Source: Eledone cirrhosa
Taxonomy: Eukaryota
Length of the DNA stretch: 64,000 bases
Direction of reading: 5' to 3'
Assembly: GCA_964016885.1 (NCBI GenBank)
Contig: CAXHJY010001609.1
Span: 372,001-436,000, forward strand
The notes under the pieces are model-generated. The model saw only the letters and a list, made by a program, of their open reading frames with translations. It was not told the origin of the DNA and searched no databases. Numbering within the stretch: the stretch's first letter is position 1; each line of letters begins with the position of its first letter. Of the stretch, positions 10,916 to 25,561 are shown one piece after another. A program made the translations under genes and the position numbers.

Positions 10916-13900
10916 GGACGAAAGGGCAAAGCCTCACCCTCTTTGTTGCGGCCGCGGATGGCCAACATAACCCCCAACCCCATCCACCTCACCCCTCCCT
11001 GCACCCCACCCACCAAACGCAATCCAAAACTTCAGAGTTGGTACCATGAATGTAGGGACCTTAAAAGGCCGCTCAAACGAGGTTGTAGAAAGGCTTGAAC
11101 GTAAGGAGGTTGATGTCTGCTGTATCCAAGAGACCAGGTGGAGGGGTGGGTCTGCTAGATTCATTGTGGGTAAAAAACGATGCTATAAGCTTTTCTGGGT
11201 AGGAAATGACAATGGGCTGGGTGGGGTACGAATCATGTTAGCAGAAAAATGGGTGGATAACATAATAGACGTAAATAGAGTAAACGACAGAATAATTAAA
11301 ATAAGACTTGTTCTAAATAGAACTACTGTGACGATAATATCTGCGTACGCGCCCCAATCCGGACTGCCTGGCGCTATAAAAGACACTTTCTATGAGACAC
11401 TGATGCTCACTACCTCCCAAATAACCGACAGTGACTATATAATTATTGCTGGCGACCTAAATGGTCATGTTGGACAACATTGTGACGGCTATGATCGAAT
11501 CCATGGAGGCTATGGGTTTGGTACTAGAAATGAGTATGGCTCCAGAAACCTGGAATTCTGTGACGCAAATAACCTAACAATCTGTAACACTAACTTCAAA
11601 AAACGAGACAATCACTTGATCACCTACAGATCAGGGGAGCATACCAGCCAGGTAGATTATATCCTTACCAGAAGGTATGACAGAGTGTCTGTTGTAAACA
11701 CTAAATCCCTCCCCGATGAAGAATGCACCTCCCAACATAGACTGATAATTAGCGACCTCATAGTCAGGACGAGACGTACTCGACACAGCAGAAGAGGACT
11801 ATCCTCAGGAGAAAAATATGGAAGCTAAAGGACCCCACAGCCAGAAATAAATTTCAAAGCATATTACTTGATGCTTTCGACAGTAAGGAAGAGCATTTAG
11901 AGTCGTACAATATAGAGGAACAGTGGGAATTCCTGAAAGCAAACCTGCTGATGGAGGCAGACGAAGTCTGTGGCCGGAGCAGGCCTATAGACAGGAGGAG
12001 AGTAACATGGTGGTGGAACAGTAAGGTGGAGGAGTCGATTAAGGCCAAAAAGCAGGCTTGGAAAGTATGGCGGGATGGGGTAAATAGAGAAGACTATCAA
12101 GTGGCCAGGAGGGAAGCTCGGAGACAAGTGTACTTCGCAAGAAGGGAAGCAGAGGAAAGAAAGTTCAAGCATGTTCTACAACGCAAGGACCAAAAACGTG
12201 AGGTGTTCAGGATTGCTAGGCAATGTGTCAAGGAAAACCGTGATATTGTTGGGGAGAAGTGTGTACTAAATGATGATGGCGTACTCGCCATCACTGACGC
12301 TGATAAGAAGGTAGCTTGGAAGTGTCACTACGAGAGGCTATTAAATGAGGAGAATAAATGGGAGAAGGATAGTCTCCCCCAGATCGATCCAATAGAGGGA
12401 CCAGCAGTGTTAGTTGAAGGTAGTATAATAAGTAAGGCAATCAAAGATATGAAGACGGGTAAGGCAGCTGGGCCTTCGGAAATAGTTGCTGAGATGCTGA
12501 AGGCCTCTGGAACGGTGGGACACACCATGGTCACCCGGATAGTAAACCAAGTCATACAGAATGGGGTTGTTCCGAAGGACTGGCGCAGCAGCATCATCAT
12601 TAACTGTTACAAGGGTAAAGGAGACGCCCTAGATAGGAGTAACTATAGAGGCATTAAATTAATCGACCAGGTCATCAAGGTCACGGAAAAAGTAATAGTG
12701 CAACTAATCAGAGAGAGAATTGATCTAGATGAAATGCAGTTCGGGTTTGTGTCAGGCAAAAGTACCACAGACGCTCTTTTCATTGTACGACAACTACAGG
12801 AGAAGTACCTAGCTAAAAGTAAACCTCTATACTTAGCTTCTGTCGACTTGGAGAAAGCCTTCGACAGAGTCCCCCGTTCCATTATCTGGTGGGCTCTTAG
12901 AAAACTAGGTGTTGATGAATGGCTTGTGAGAGCTATACAAGCCATGTATAAAGAAACAGTCAGCAAGGTTAGAATTAACAACGAATATAGTGAAGAGTTT
13001 AGCGTAAAAGTTGGTGTTCATCAGGGCTCTGTTCTTAGCCCCCTACTATTTATTATTGCCCTACAGGCTATAACAGTGGAGTTCAAGACCGGCTGCCCAT
13101 GGGAACTCCTATACGCAGATGATCTAACGCTCATAGCTGAATCAATGGCCGAGCTAGAGAAGAAATTCCAAACATGGAAGCACGGCCTAGAATCAAAAGG
13201 CCTTAAAATTAACCTGGCTAAGACTAAAGTTCTAGTTTGTAGGAAAGAAAATAAGGCGCCGGTCCCTTCCGGGAAATGGCCATGCTCAGTGTGTAGGAAA
13301 GGCGTAGGTAGAAACTCCATTTTATGTCCCAAATGCAAAGTATGGGTGCATAAAAGATGTAGTGGAATCACAGGTAAGCTAACTAAGAACATAGATTTTA
13401 TATGTGGCCGGTGCTCTGGTGCAATAAGTAGCAGCAAGTGCCCACAAAATACTAGCTCTTTCAATTGCGCAGAGGGTTCTATAGAAATAGTGGACAGCTT
13501 CCGTTACCTGGGTGACAAAATCAGCAGTGGGGGAGGGTGCTCTGAAAGTACAGTAGCTAGAGTCAGAACTGGATGGAAAAAGTTCAGAGAGCTTATACCA
13601 CTATTAGCCGCTAAAGGGTTCTCCCTAAAAATGAAGGGCAGGCTGTATGATGCCTGCATACGAACAGCAATGTTGCATGGCAGTGAGACCTGGGCATTGT
13701 GTGCAGAGGATATGCGCAGACTAGAGAGAAACGAAGCTTGCATGCTATGCTGGATGTGTAATAGTAATATACGCGAACGGCAAAGCATAAACAAAATAAT
13801 GGGAAAATTAGAAATAAGAGGGATCAGATGTTGTTTAGTCGAGAGAAGACTACGTTGGTATGGTCACGTGATGCGCATGAAAGACGACAGCTGTATAAAA

Positions 13901-14439
13901 AAGTGCAGGGCAATAAAAATAGGCGGTAGCCACGGAGTAGGCAGACCCAGAAAAACCTGGGACGACCTGATAAATTCCGACCTCACACACTTACACCTCT
14001 CCAAGACAATGTCACTGGACCGAGATCTTTGGCGGTACTCAGTAATAGAGAAGACCCGCCTTACCTGAATACAAAGTAAAACCTACTACAGTCAGTAGGC
14101 ATCTCTAAGAAAACACCCCCACCCCATCCGCACCGCCCCTTTCAATGTAAAGTTATGTTGGTGCCACAACATCCAGGCCGAAACAAATGAGATCGTGTAG
14201 GTGTCACGGCAAAAAAACACACAGTCCATGCTGTAATGTGGCCGTGTAGGCAACACGGTAAAAACTTCCCAGTCCCACACTGTAAATGTGGTTGGTGTTA
14301 GGAAAGGCATCCAGCCGTAGAAAACCTGCCAGACAGTCCTATACGAGCAGGAAAACAAATCTTGCCTCAAGTGGGAAAGATCCCGTCTAAACCCATGCAG
14401 AGATGGAAGATGGACGTTAAACGATGATGATGATGATGA
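10916..14439 (+). mobile_element. RTE-clade LINE (subfamily A), near full length
   Basis: APE ORF 11046-11828 and RT ORF 11951-14068 (QFGF, DLEKAFD, GVHQGSVLSP, YADD, RLRWYGHV, GRPRKTW), a 3' UTR and a (GAT)n tail. The 5' boundary is uncertain. Confidence 0.96.
11046..14068 (+). pseudogene. RTE APE-RT polyprotein with internal PHD-like finger, broken by one frameshift near 11783
   Basis: CGTACTCGACACAGCAG here versus CGTACTAGACAGCAG at 35849, i.e. a 2-bp insertion; the frame is otherwise open. Confidence 0.88.
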
Positions 14440-15104
14440 TATGTGTATGTATATGTATATATATGTGTATATATTTGTATATGTGTATGTACCATTATGT
14501 ATGTTTGTTGTGTGTGTGCGTGCGTGTATGTGTGTGTAAGTGGGCGAGTGTGTGAATGTGTTTGTCAACACCTGGAATATATAAGAGAAACTTCACAATA
14601 AGGGGAAGCACCCAACACTTGAATCTGTTGATGGAACCCTTTCTGCCTTTGTCACCCTTATTTCAGCCTTAAAGAATTTCCCTTTTCTTTAAACCATTGA
14701 ACCCCACCCATCCTGTAGACACCTGTCTTACAGCCATTGTTAGTCTAAGTGATAAACTAGGATTGGTATTCCAAACATGATTTTGTTTACATTATTCTTC
14801 CTGCCTTTGTTATTACTATAGCTTTAAAGAATTAGCTTTTAATGAACTCCCTTTTCTTTAAATCCTTCAACCAATGACCTCCACCCATCCCAACCCCCAC
14901 CCTCTCCTACCACCAGAAAAGAAAATATATAAATACAACTACCTGGACAGGCAGCTCCCTGATGATTTCTCATGATTGAAACAGTTCTAGTCCTGTAGAA
15001 GCTCTTCTATATTAAAACGCTTATACTCTGCTATGTATTGAGTACCTTACTTACTGTGGTTACCTCTGATTCAACCCGGAATAACTTATATATATATCAT
15101 TTTC

Positions 15105-15438
15105 ATTTCATTTCATTTTATGTCCACTTTTCCCTGCTTGCAAGGGTGGGACGGGAACTGATTCTGGCTTCATTTCTACAGCTGGATCCCCTTCCTAACA
15201 CCAACCTCATTTACAGTGAGTGCTGGGTGCTTTTTTGCCGTGGCACCTCCACGACCACTTTGCAGTGGAATGATAGGGACTCAAGTCCCTATCATCTCAT
15301 TTCTACAGCTGAGTAAACTGGAGCAATGTGAAATAAAGTGCCTTGCTCAAGGAAACAACACATCACCCGGTCTGAGAATTGAACTCCCAACCTTTCGATT
15401 GCAAGGCCAATGCTCTAACCACTAAGCCATGTGCCTCC
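15105..15438 (-). mobile_element. tRNA-derived SINE
   Basis: Same family as 332-678. Confidence 0.88.
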
Positions 15439-17415
15439 TTCGGAAATAGTTGCTGAGATGCTGAAGGCATCTGGCACGGTGGGACACACCATGGTCACCC
15501 GCATAGTTAACCAAGTCGTACAGAATGGGGTTGTTCCGAAGGACTGGCATAGCAGCATCATCGTTAACTGTTATAAGGGTAAAGGAGACGCCCTAGATAG
15601 GAGTAACTATAGAGGCATTAAATTAATCGACCAGGTCATGAAGGTCACGGAAAAAGTAATAGCGCAACTAATCAGAGAGAGAATTGACCTAGATGAAATG
15701 CAGTTCGGGTTTGTGTCAGGCAAAAGTACCACAGACGCTCTTTTCATAGTACGACAACTACAGGAGAAGTACCTAGCTAAAGGTAAACCCCTCTACTTAG
15801 CTTTTGTCGACTTGGAGAAAGCCTTCGACAGAGTCCCCCGCTCCATTATCTGGTGGGCTCTTAGAAAACTAGGCGTTGACGAATGGCTTGTGAGGGCTAT
15901 ACAAGCCATGTATAAAGAAACAGTCAGCAAGGTTAGAATTAACAACGAATATAGTGAAGAGTTTAGCGTAAAAGTTGGCGTCCATCAGGGCTCTATTCTC
16001 AGCCCCCTACTATTTATTATTGCCCTTCAGGCTATAACAGAGGAGTTCAAGACAGGCTGCCCATGGGAACTCCTATACGCAGACGACCTGACACTCATAG
16101 CGGAATCAATGGCCGAGCTAGAGAAGAAATTCCAAACATGGAAGCACGGCCTAGAGTCAAAAGGACTTAAAATTAACCTGGCTAAGACCAAAGTTCTAGT
16201 TTGTAGGAAAGAAAACAAGGCGGAGATCCCTTCTGGGAAATGGTCGTGCTCGGTGTGTAGGAAAGGCGTAGGTAGAAACTCCATTTTATGTCCTAAATGC
16301 AAAGTATGGGTGCATAAAAGATGTAGTGGGATCACAGGTAAGCTAACTAAGAACATAGATTTTACATGTGGCCGGTGTTCTGGTGCAATAAGTAGCAGCA
16401 AGTGCCCACAAAATACTAGCTCTTTCAATTGCACAGAGGGTTCTATAGAAATAGTGGACAGCTTCCGTTACCTGGGCGATAAAATCAGCAGTGGGGGAGG
16501 GTGCTCTGAAAGTACTGTAGCTAGAGTCAGAACTGGTTGGAAAAAGTTCAGTGAGCTTATACCACTATTAGCTGCTAAAGGGTTCTCCCTAAAAATGAAA
16601 GGCAGGTTGTACGATGCCTGCATACGAACAGCAATGCTGCATGGCAGTGAGACCTGGGCATTGTGTGCAGAGGATATACGCAGACTAGAGAGGAACGAAG
16701 CTTGCATGCTCCGCTGGATGTGTAACAGTAATATACGTGAATGGCAAAGCATAAACGAACTAAGGAAAAAATGCACGTGATGCGCATGAAAGTCGATAGC
16801 TGTATAACAAAGTGCAGGGCAATAAAGATAGACGGTAGTCACGGAATAGGCAGACCTAGAAAAACCTGGGACGAGCTGATAAACTCCGACATCACACACT
16901 TACACCTCTCCAAGACAATGTCACTGGACCGAGACCTTTGGCGGTACTCAGTAACAGAGAAGACCCGCCTTACCTAAATATATAGTAAAACCTACTCCAG
17001 CCAGTAGGCATCTCTAACAAAATACACCCCGTCCCACCACCACCACCCCCACCACATCCACACCACCCCGTCCCACCACCACCACCCCCACCCCATCCAC
17101 ACCACCCCGTTCTATGTAAAGTTATGATGGTGCCGCGCCATCCAGGCCGAAACAAATGAGATCGTGTAGGTGTCACGACAAAAAAACACACAGTCCACGC
17201 TGTAATGTGGCCGTGTAGGCAACACGGTAAAAACCTCCCAGACCCACACTGTAAATGTGGTTGGTGTTAGGAAGGGCATCCAACTGTAGAAAACCTGCCA
17301 GACAGTCCTATGCGAGCAAGACAATCACTCTTGCCTCAAGTGGGACTACCCCCGTCCAAACCCATGCAAGCGTGGAACACGGACGTTAAACGTTGATGAT
17401 GATGATGATGATGAT
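15438..17415 (+). mobile_element. RTE LINE subfamily A, 5'-truncated
   Basis: RT ORF with YADD and the PHD-like insert, a deletion near 16773, a 3' UTR and a (GAT)n tail. Confidence 0.94.
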
Positions 17416-17697
17416 ATAGTAAAGCACTTTACGATTAGGATTTTCTCAGTAAGGTATCAATCGAAGTGTCAGTGTAATAAATAAGAGACAGTTTTATTTG
17501 TACATCTTCATTTTATTACATAATTCCATTAACCATATACATACATGCATACATAAATATATATGTGTGTGTGTGTGAGAGAGAAAGAGAGAGGGAGTGT
17601 GTGTGTTCTTCATTCTGTACTTTGCTGGGCTTTGGCTGCTATTTCTACCAGGCATATACCTGTCCTTCACTCTTCTCTCGTTCTCTGGGACTCTAGC

Positions 17698-17751
<54 letters not shown>

Positions 17752-17849
17752 TGTGGCACTTGTATTTACAATTATATAAATAAGTATCTAATTGTTTAAA
17801 TATAGAAAAACGTTTGTGGCATTACTACACCTTTAAGTTTAAATTTCAA

Positions 17850-18404
17850 TTGAATAACATTACAGATATGTTTTATATATATGTATATATATATATATAT
17901 ATAACATTACATATATGTTTGATATATATATATATATAAATAACATTACATATATGTTATATATATATATAAATAACATTATAGATATGTTATATATATA
18001 TAAATAACATTACATATATGTTTTATATATATATATATAAATAACATTACAGATATATTATATATATATATATATAAATAACATTAGAAATATGTTTTAT
18101 ATATATATATAAATAACATTACAGATATGTTATATATATATATAAATAACATTATAGATATGTTTTATATATATATATATATATAAATAACATTATAGAT
18201 ATGTTTTATATATATATATATATATAAATAACATTACAGATATGTTATATATATATAAATAACATTTCAGATATGTTATATATATATATAAATAACATTT
18301 CAGATATGTTATATATATATATAAATAACATTACAGATATGTTATATATATATATATAAATAACATTAGATATTTTATATATATATATATATAAATAACA
18401 TTAC

Positions 18405-18440
<36 letters not shown>

Positions 18441-19680
18441 CATTACAGATATGTTATATATATATATATATATAAATAACATTACATATATGTTGTATAT
18501 ATATATATAAATAACATTACAGATATGTTACATATATATATATAAATAACATTACAGATATGTTATATATCATCATCATCATCATCGTTTAACGTCCATC
18601 TTCCACGTTTGCATGGGTTTGGACGGGAGGTTTCCCACTTGAGGCAAGATTTGTTGTCCTGCTCATATAGGACTGTCTGGCGGGTTTTCTACGGCTGGAT
18701 GCCCTTCCTAACACCAACCACATTTACAGTGTGGACTGGGAGGTTTTTACCGTGTTACCCACATGGCCACATTACAGCGTGGACTGTGTTTTTTTGTCGT
18801 GACACCTACACGACCTCATTTGTTTCGGACTGGATGTTGTGGTACCAACATAACTTTACATTGAAAGGGGTGGTGTGGATGGGGTGTGGGTAGTGGGGCT
18901 GGGGTGTATTTTGTTAGAGGTGCCTACTGACTGTAGGTTTCGCTTTGTACTTAGGCAAGGCGGGTCTTCTGTATGACTGGGTAGCGCCAAAGATCCCCGT
19001 CCAGTGACATTGTCTTGTAGAGGTGTAAGTGTGTGAGGTTGGAATTTATCAAGTCGTCCCAGGTTTTTCTGGGTCTGCCTACTCCGTGGCTACCGTCTAT
19101 TTTTATCGCCCTGCACTTTTTTATACAGCTGTCTTTCATGCGCATCACGTGACCATACCAACGTAGTCTTCTCTCGAGTAAACAACATCTGATCCCTCTT
19201 ATTCCTAATTTCACCCTTAGTTTGTTCAAGCTTCGTTTCTCTCCAGTCTGCGTATATCCTCTGCACACAATGCCCAGGTCTCACTGCCATGCAACATTGC
19301 TGTTTGTATGCAGGCATCATACAGCCTGCCTTTCATTTTTAGAGAGAACCTTTTAGCGGCCAATAGTGGTATAAGCTCTCTGAACTTTTTCCATCCCGTT
19401 CTGACTCTAGCTATATAAATAACATTACAGATATGTTATATATATATATAAATAACATTACATATATGTTTTATATATATATATATAAATAACATTACAG
19501 ATATATTATATATATATATAAATAACATTAGAAATATGTTTTATATATATATATAAATAACATTACAGATATGTTTTATATATATATAAATAACATTACA
19601 GATATGTTTTATATATATATAAATAACATTACAAATATGTAGTATATATATATATAAATAACATTACAGATATGTTATAT
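17850..19680. repeat. TAAATAACATTACAGATATGT(TA)n compound minisatellite, interrupted by an RTE fragment
   Basis: A fixed ~21-bp core separated by variable (TA)n at 17850-18570 and 19413-19680. Confidence 0.9.
18571..19412 (-). mobile_element. RTE subfamily A 3' fragment
   Basis: Minus-strand RRLRWYGHVMRM...GRPRKTW, 3' UTR, and (CAT)n on the plus strand. Confidence 0.92.
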
Positions 19681-20258
19681 ATCATCATCATCATCCTCAT
19701 CTTCGTTTAACGTCCATTTTCCACGCTAGCATGGGTTAAACGAGAGTTGTCCCACTTGAGGCAAGGTTGGTCGGGTGACCGTGTCTCGCTCATATAGGAC
19801 TACCTGGCAGATTTCTACGGCTGGATGCCCTTCCTAACACCAACCACATTTACAGTGTGGAACTGGGAACTTTTTACCGTGTTATCTACACGGCCACATT
19901 ACAGCGTGGACTGTGTGTTTTGTCGTGATACCTACACAATCTCGATCTCATTTATTTGGACGGGATGTTGTGGTACCAACTTTATCGAGAGAGGGTGGTG
20001 TTGGTGGGAGGATAGGGTAGGGGTAGTGGATTGGGGTGTATATTTGGTTAAGCGGAGGCTACTGACTGTAGGTTTCCCTTTGTACATAGGCAAGGCGGGT
20101 CTTCTGTATTACTGCGTAGCACCAAAGATCTTGGTCCAGTGACATTGTTTTAGAGGGGTGCAAGTGTGTATGGTCGGAATTTATCAGATCGTCCCAGGTT
20201 TTTTTGGGTCTACCTACTCCGTATCTACCATCAATTTTGATCGCCCTGCACTTTTTTA
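19681..20258 (-). mobile_element. RTE 3' fragment
   Basis: Minus-strand C-terminus, 3' UTR and tail. Confidence 0.85.
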
Positions 20259-21129
20259 TACATATATATATATATTTACATATATCTCAAGGGTGGTGCC
20301 CCAGCATGGCCTCAGTCAGATGGCTGTAACAGGTGTAAGAATAAAAGAATATAATATATATGTGTATATTCATATATTGTATTTATCCTCATCACAATTT
20401 AAACTCCATTATACATGCCAGCATGGGCTGGACCACTTGTCCTGTTGTGTGAAAACTTAGATCAAATAACTGTGTCTTGCTCATGAAAGAACCATTTCTG
20501 GCTGGTTTCTATGACTGGATGCCCTTCCTAACTCCAACCACATTTACAGGGTGGACTTGGTATTTATTGTTGTGTTGCTAACATGACCAACCTACAGGGT
20601 GAAGTGGGTGCTTTTTGTCATCATCATGACAACCACCAGCTAAGAGAGCAGACTTGGTGCTCTTTGTCATGTCACCAATTTGACTACTTTGAAGGGTGGT
20701 TCGGGTGCCTTCAGTCTTACCACTAGCATGACCACTTTACAGAGTGGGCTAGAGGCCTCCTGTCATGTCTACATCACTGGGTGCTTATTTGTCATGTCAC
20801 CAGCATGACTACCTTGCAGGGAGGGTTAGGTGCTCTTTTGTCATATTACCTAACAGAGAGGACTTGGTACTCTTTTGTCATGACACCTGCATGACCACCT
20901 TATAGGGTTGCGTGAGGGTTTAGCCTTTTCAGCAGCATTGGAGGAGAGCATGTTAAGCTTTCCTTACTTGTATACATGGGTTGGTCAAGAAAGGTGTATC
21001 AGATGTGAAAGTGGGGGTGGGGCTGTGTGTATGTAGGGTGAGATTGGAGAGGTAGGTCAGGGTGGTGTACTTAGCTGGTAAGGGGGTGGAGTGTTAAGTT
21101 GTGAAGGGGAGGAAAATTGGAGCATACTA

Positions 21130-21800
21130 AATGTTGCTTCAACCCGTGGACATGGGAATGCAGGTCTCCTGCAGTACTATATAACGCCAGAGATTTCAAT
21201 CCTGTGTCATCACCTTTGAGAGGTACAATGGTGTCAGGTCAGTTTTTACCTCCTCATCCCAAGCTTTCCTAGGTCTTCCTCTTCCATCAATTTCAAGCAG
21301 TCAACCTTTTATACAGTATCTCTACCTTCATACAGATCACATGTCCATACCACAGCAATCTACTCTCCTGTATACTGTATCTTATCCCTCTCATGCCTAG
21401 GTTCTCTCTCAGTTTATTTACACTTTGCTCTTCATGTATATTAATATTACACATCCATCGGAGAATTTAAGCTTCATTTCTATCCAGTCTTCTGAGGTCC
21501 TCACTGCAATGCAGCATTGCTGTTCATATGCACACATCAAATTGATGAAACAACCTTTTGTAGCTAGCAGCAGTAGTAACACCCTAAACCTCTGCCATCT
21601 TGTTCTTACTCTTGTTACTGTACTTTCAGAACACCTACCTCCACTGCTTCTTTGATACCCCAGGTAACAGAAACTGTCAACCGCTTCTATGGAACCCTTT
21701 AAATATTTGATAGAGCTTGTCTCCTAAACGTGATTGCTGCTTACTTCTCCAGTGCAGTGAACCAATGTAAAACCTACGTTCTTAGCTAACTTACCATGTA
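21130..21800 (-). mobile_element. Old RTE fragment
   Basis: Degenerate FCYLG / GCSES / RWYGHV / GRPRK motifs on the minus strand. Confidence 0.7.
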
Positions 21801-21844
21801 TGTGTGACCATTGGTTTCTGAGTTATGGCACCACTGTTTATTAG

Positions 21845-22265
21845 GGGAGGCACTTCCAAACAGACCCTTCTTTAAGTATGCTGACAAATATATTTTGTAA
21901 TCTAGGTGAGTTAATTAGCAGTGGAGGGGGCTGTTCTGAAAGATGTATAGCTAGAATAAGGATAGGATGAAAAAAGTTTAGAGAGCTACTGCAACAGTTG
22001 ACGACAAAAGGTTTCTCTCTCTCTGTACAAAAGGACAACTGTATGACACATGTGGGTGATGTGCAATGATGCATGGTAACGAAATAAGGGTTGTGACTGC
22101 AGAGGATATGTAGACTGGAGAGAAATGAAACAACCATGCTTTGTAGGATATGTTGTGTAAGTGTGAGAGAAAGGGAGAGCTTGGACAAGTTCAAGAAGAA
22201 GCTGGGATTAAGAGTGAGCTGAAGTGGTGTGTAAGAGAGAAGACTGTGTTTGTATGGACATAAAA
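21845..22265 (+). mobile_element. Old RTE fragment, shared with 48505 and 60215
   Basis: Degenerate LISSGGGCSE...KKFRELL...RLERNE. Confidence 0.7.
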
Positions 22266-22379
22266 TGAAAGGAGAAGAATTTCTTAGTAAAACAGGTTTA
22301 TTCAAAATATTAACAACATTGGTGGCACTATTTTAGGTGAGTGACATGGTTTTTATCTAATTGTGTTGCATTAAGTAAT

Positions 22380-22720
22380 CTTTATAATAGAATGATTTAC
22401 CACAGATATCACAGTGATATAGTTCCTCTCCTGTATATGTTAGTGTCTAATTAAACCACAACATTTAGAGAAGGATTTATCACAGACATCAGTGATATGG
22501 TTCCTCTCCTGTATGTATATGTTGGTGTCTAGTGAAGCCACAACATTTAGAGAATGATGTACCAAATATATCAAAGTGATATGGCTTCCCAGCTGTATGT
22601 ATATGTGTGTGTGTGTAGTTAATGTAACATTCAAAGAGAATGATTTCCCTCAGATGTCACAATGATATGTATTTGTATTCTCATTAATTCACAAATTTGA
22701 GAGAATGATTTATCACTGAT
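22380..22720 (-). pseudogene. Decayed C2H2 finger repeats downstream of the ZNF-A stop
   Basis: AGAATGATTTACCACAGATATCACAGTGATAT-like units with indels and stops. Confidence 0.75.
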
Positions 22721-22732
22721 GTCAATGCGTTA

Positions 22733-23878
<1,146 letters not shown>

Positions 23879-24487
23879 TTATATTATATTTCTTATAAAA
23901 TATATCTTCTATATTTCCCTCAACTGTAATTTCAGTTAATATCTGAAGATAACACAAACTTATGTTTTATCCAAGTTTAGTTAAAATACAAAACCATCTC
24001 ATAGTGAAGAAAATAAACTCAGTTTTGAGGAAATATTTCGCAGTAATTGAACTATAGATTTATATAAACAGTGTTATATAAGTTCTGTTAAAAAAGTTTT
24101 AGTCTTCAAATGATGATAAATATAGGTGATGTATCCAAGATTGAAAATAATAATTTATCCCAATGTCATCTGATATTCTGAAATAAGAAAGAAACAGTAT
24201 GAGATAAAACAGAATACTTTAGAAGCAGAGATAGATTTAACAGTGGAAATTTTATATTTCTATATTGGTAAACTGTAGATATCAACATTCTGACCAGAGT
24301 AATTCTCTCCAATGTAAGCAGTGGTATTCCAGCATGCTCTGTAAATTATATCCTTCTATCTCTTCAGAGGTCTGCTCTATGGCAGTTTAGCAAAAAATGC
24401 ATTCTTATAGGACTTATAAGAAACAGTATGAGATAATAGAGAATACTTAAAATACAGATAGATTTAACAGTGAAAATATTACATGTT

Positions 24488-24625
24488 TACCACATTTCCC
24501 TGCGTCGAAGACATTACTTTTTCTCTAATATAAGTCTCAAAAATCTACCATACGTCCTGGAAGCCGAAGGTTGTTTATTATTTTTCTTCAAAAATTAGTC
24601 GTCTTCGGCGCCGGTAAATACGGTA
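24488..24625. mobile_element. Tigger/pogo-like MITE
   Basis: Imperfect TIRs TACCACATTTCCCTGCGTCGAAGAC / GTCTTCGGCGCCGGTAAATACGGTA with TA ends. Confidence 0.6.
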
Positions 24626-24689
24626 CATTGGTAAACTGTAGAAATACACCTGTGTGATGTTTATTTATATAAACCTAGGCTATATATAT

Positions 24690-25085
24690 GTCAAACTACA
24701 GCTGTACCATCACTATAGCGGTGTCATGTAGTACAGGGCCCCAAAACTGTGGTAACCTTGTGAGATGGGTTTTGCTCAGCCGACCGGCTACCCCTCCACA
24801 TAGTGGTTCCACCCCGTACCAGGCGCCAAAACTATGGTAACCTTGTGAGATGTGTTTTGCTCCGCCGACTGGCTACCCTCCCCATAGTGGCGCAGCCAAC
24901 TGGCCAGCCATTCTCCTATCTGTACCATCCAGTACCAGGTCCCAAAACTATGGTAACCTTGTGAGATGGGTTTGGTGCAGCTGGCTGGCCACCCATCCTC
25001 ATAGTGGTGCCACCCAGTACCAGGCCCCAAAATTATAGTTGCACTGTGAGATGGGTTCGGCACAGCCAACTGGCCTGTCCCTCCT
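24690..25085. repeat. Degenerate ~85-120-bp tandem repeat
   Basis: CCAAAACTATGGTAACCTTGTGAGATG recurs about 4 times. Confidence 0.75.
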
Positions 25086-25099
25086 CATAACAGAGCCAT

Positions 25100-25561
25100 C
25101 CAGTTCCACACTGTAAACATGGTTGGTGTTAGGAAGGGGACCCAGCTGTAAAGTACCCAACCAAATTTACAGACCTCACCTGAGCAAGGTGCGACACATG
25201 GCCAACCCTGGCCAGACTTGCCTCCTGGCGTGCAAAACCCGTCTAACCCATGCCAGAATGGAAAAATGGACACTAAATGGAGATGACACAGACATATATA
25301 TATATCCCACCCAAAATGGACGTGTAAAAGACACAGCAAAAAGTACCCACCCCACACTGTAAAGTGGACGTGTAAAAGACAGCAAAAAGCACCCAGCCGA
25401 CAATGTTGTTGGCGTTAGGAAGGGCATCCTGCCATAGAAAGCTAGCCAGAAACACCCCTATATGAGTTAGACTCGGTCACCCGACCCAACTTGTCTCTAA
25501 ATGGGACCCGTCTAACCCATGCTAGCGTGGAAGATGGACGTTAATTGATGATGATGATGAT
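25100..25561 (+). mobile_element. Two tandem RTE/SINE 3'-end modules
   Basis: GTTAGGAAGGG...CTAACCCATGC...GGAC tails ending near 25285 and 25560. Confidence 0.7.

Noticed and set aside
10700-10960. HDV-like ribozyme in the RTE 5' UTR, known from some RTEs
   Set aside because: I could not build the nested double pseudoknot by eye; an Infernal/RNArobo search is needed.
12097-13794. Series of antisense ORFs over the RTE (also over Tx1, Gypsy and ZNFs)
   Set aside because: Shadow ORFs of real coding frames with no independent protein motifs.
14944-14993. Possible small minus-strand exon (ctacag...CAG|gtag)
   Set aside because: No recognisable protein or partner exons; the splice-like signals could be chance.
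17850-19680. 21-bp repeat with spacers
   Set aside because: The spacers are only (TA)n; compound microsatellite.
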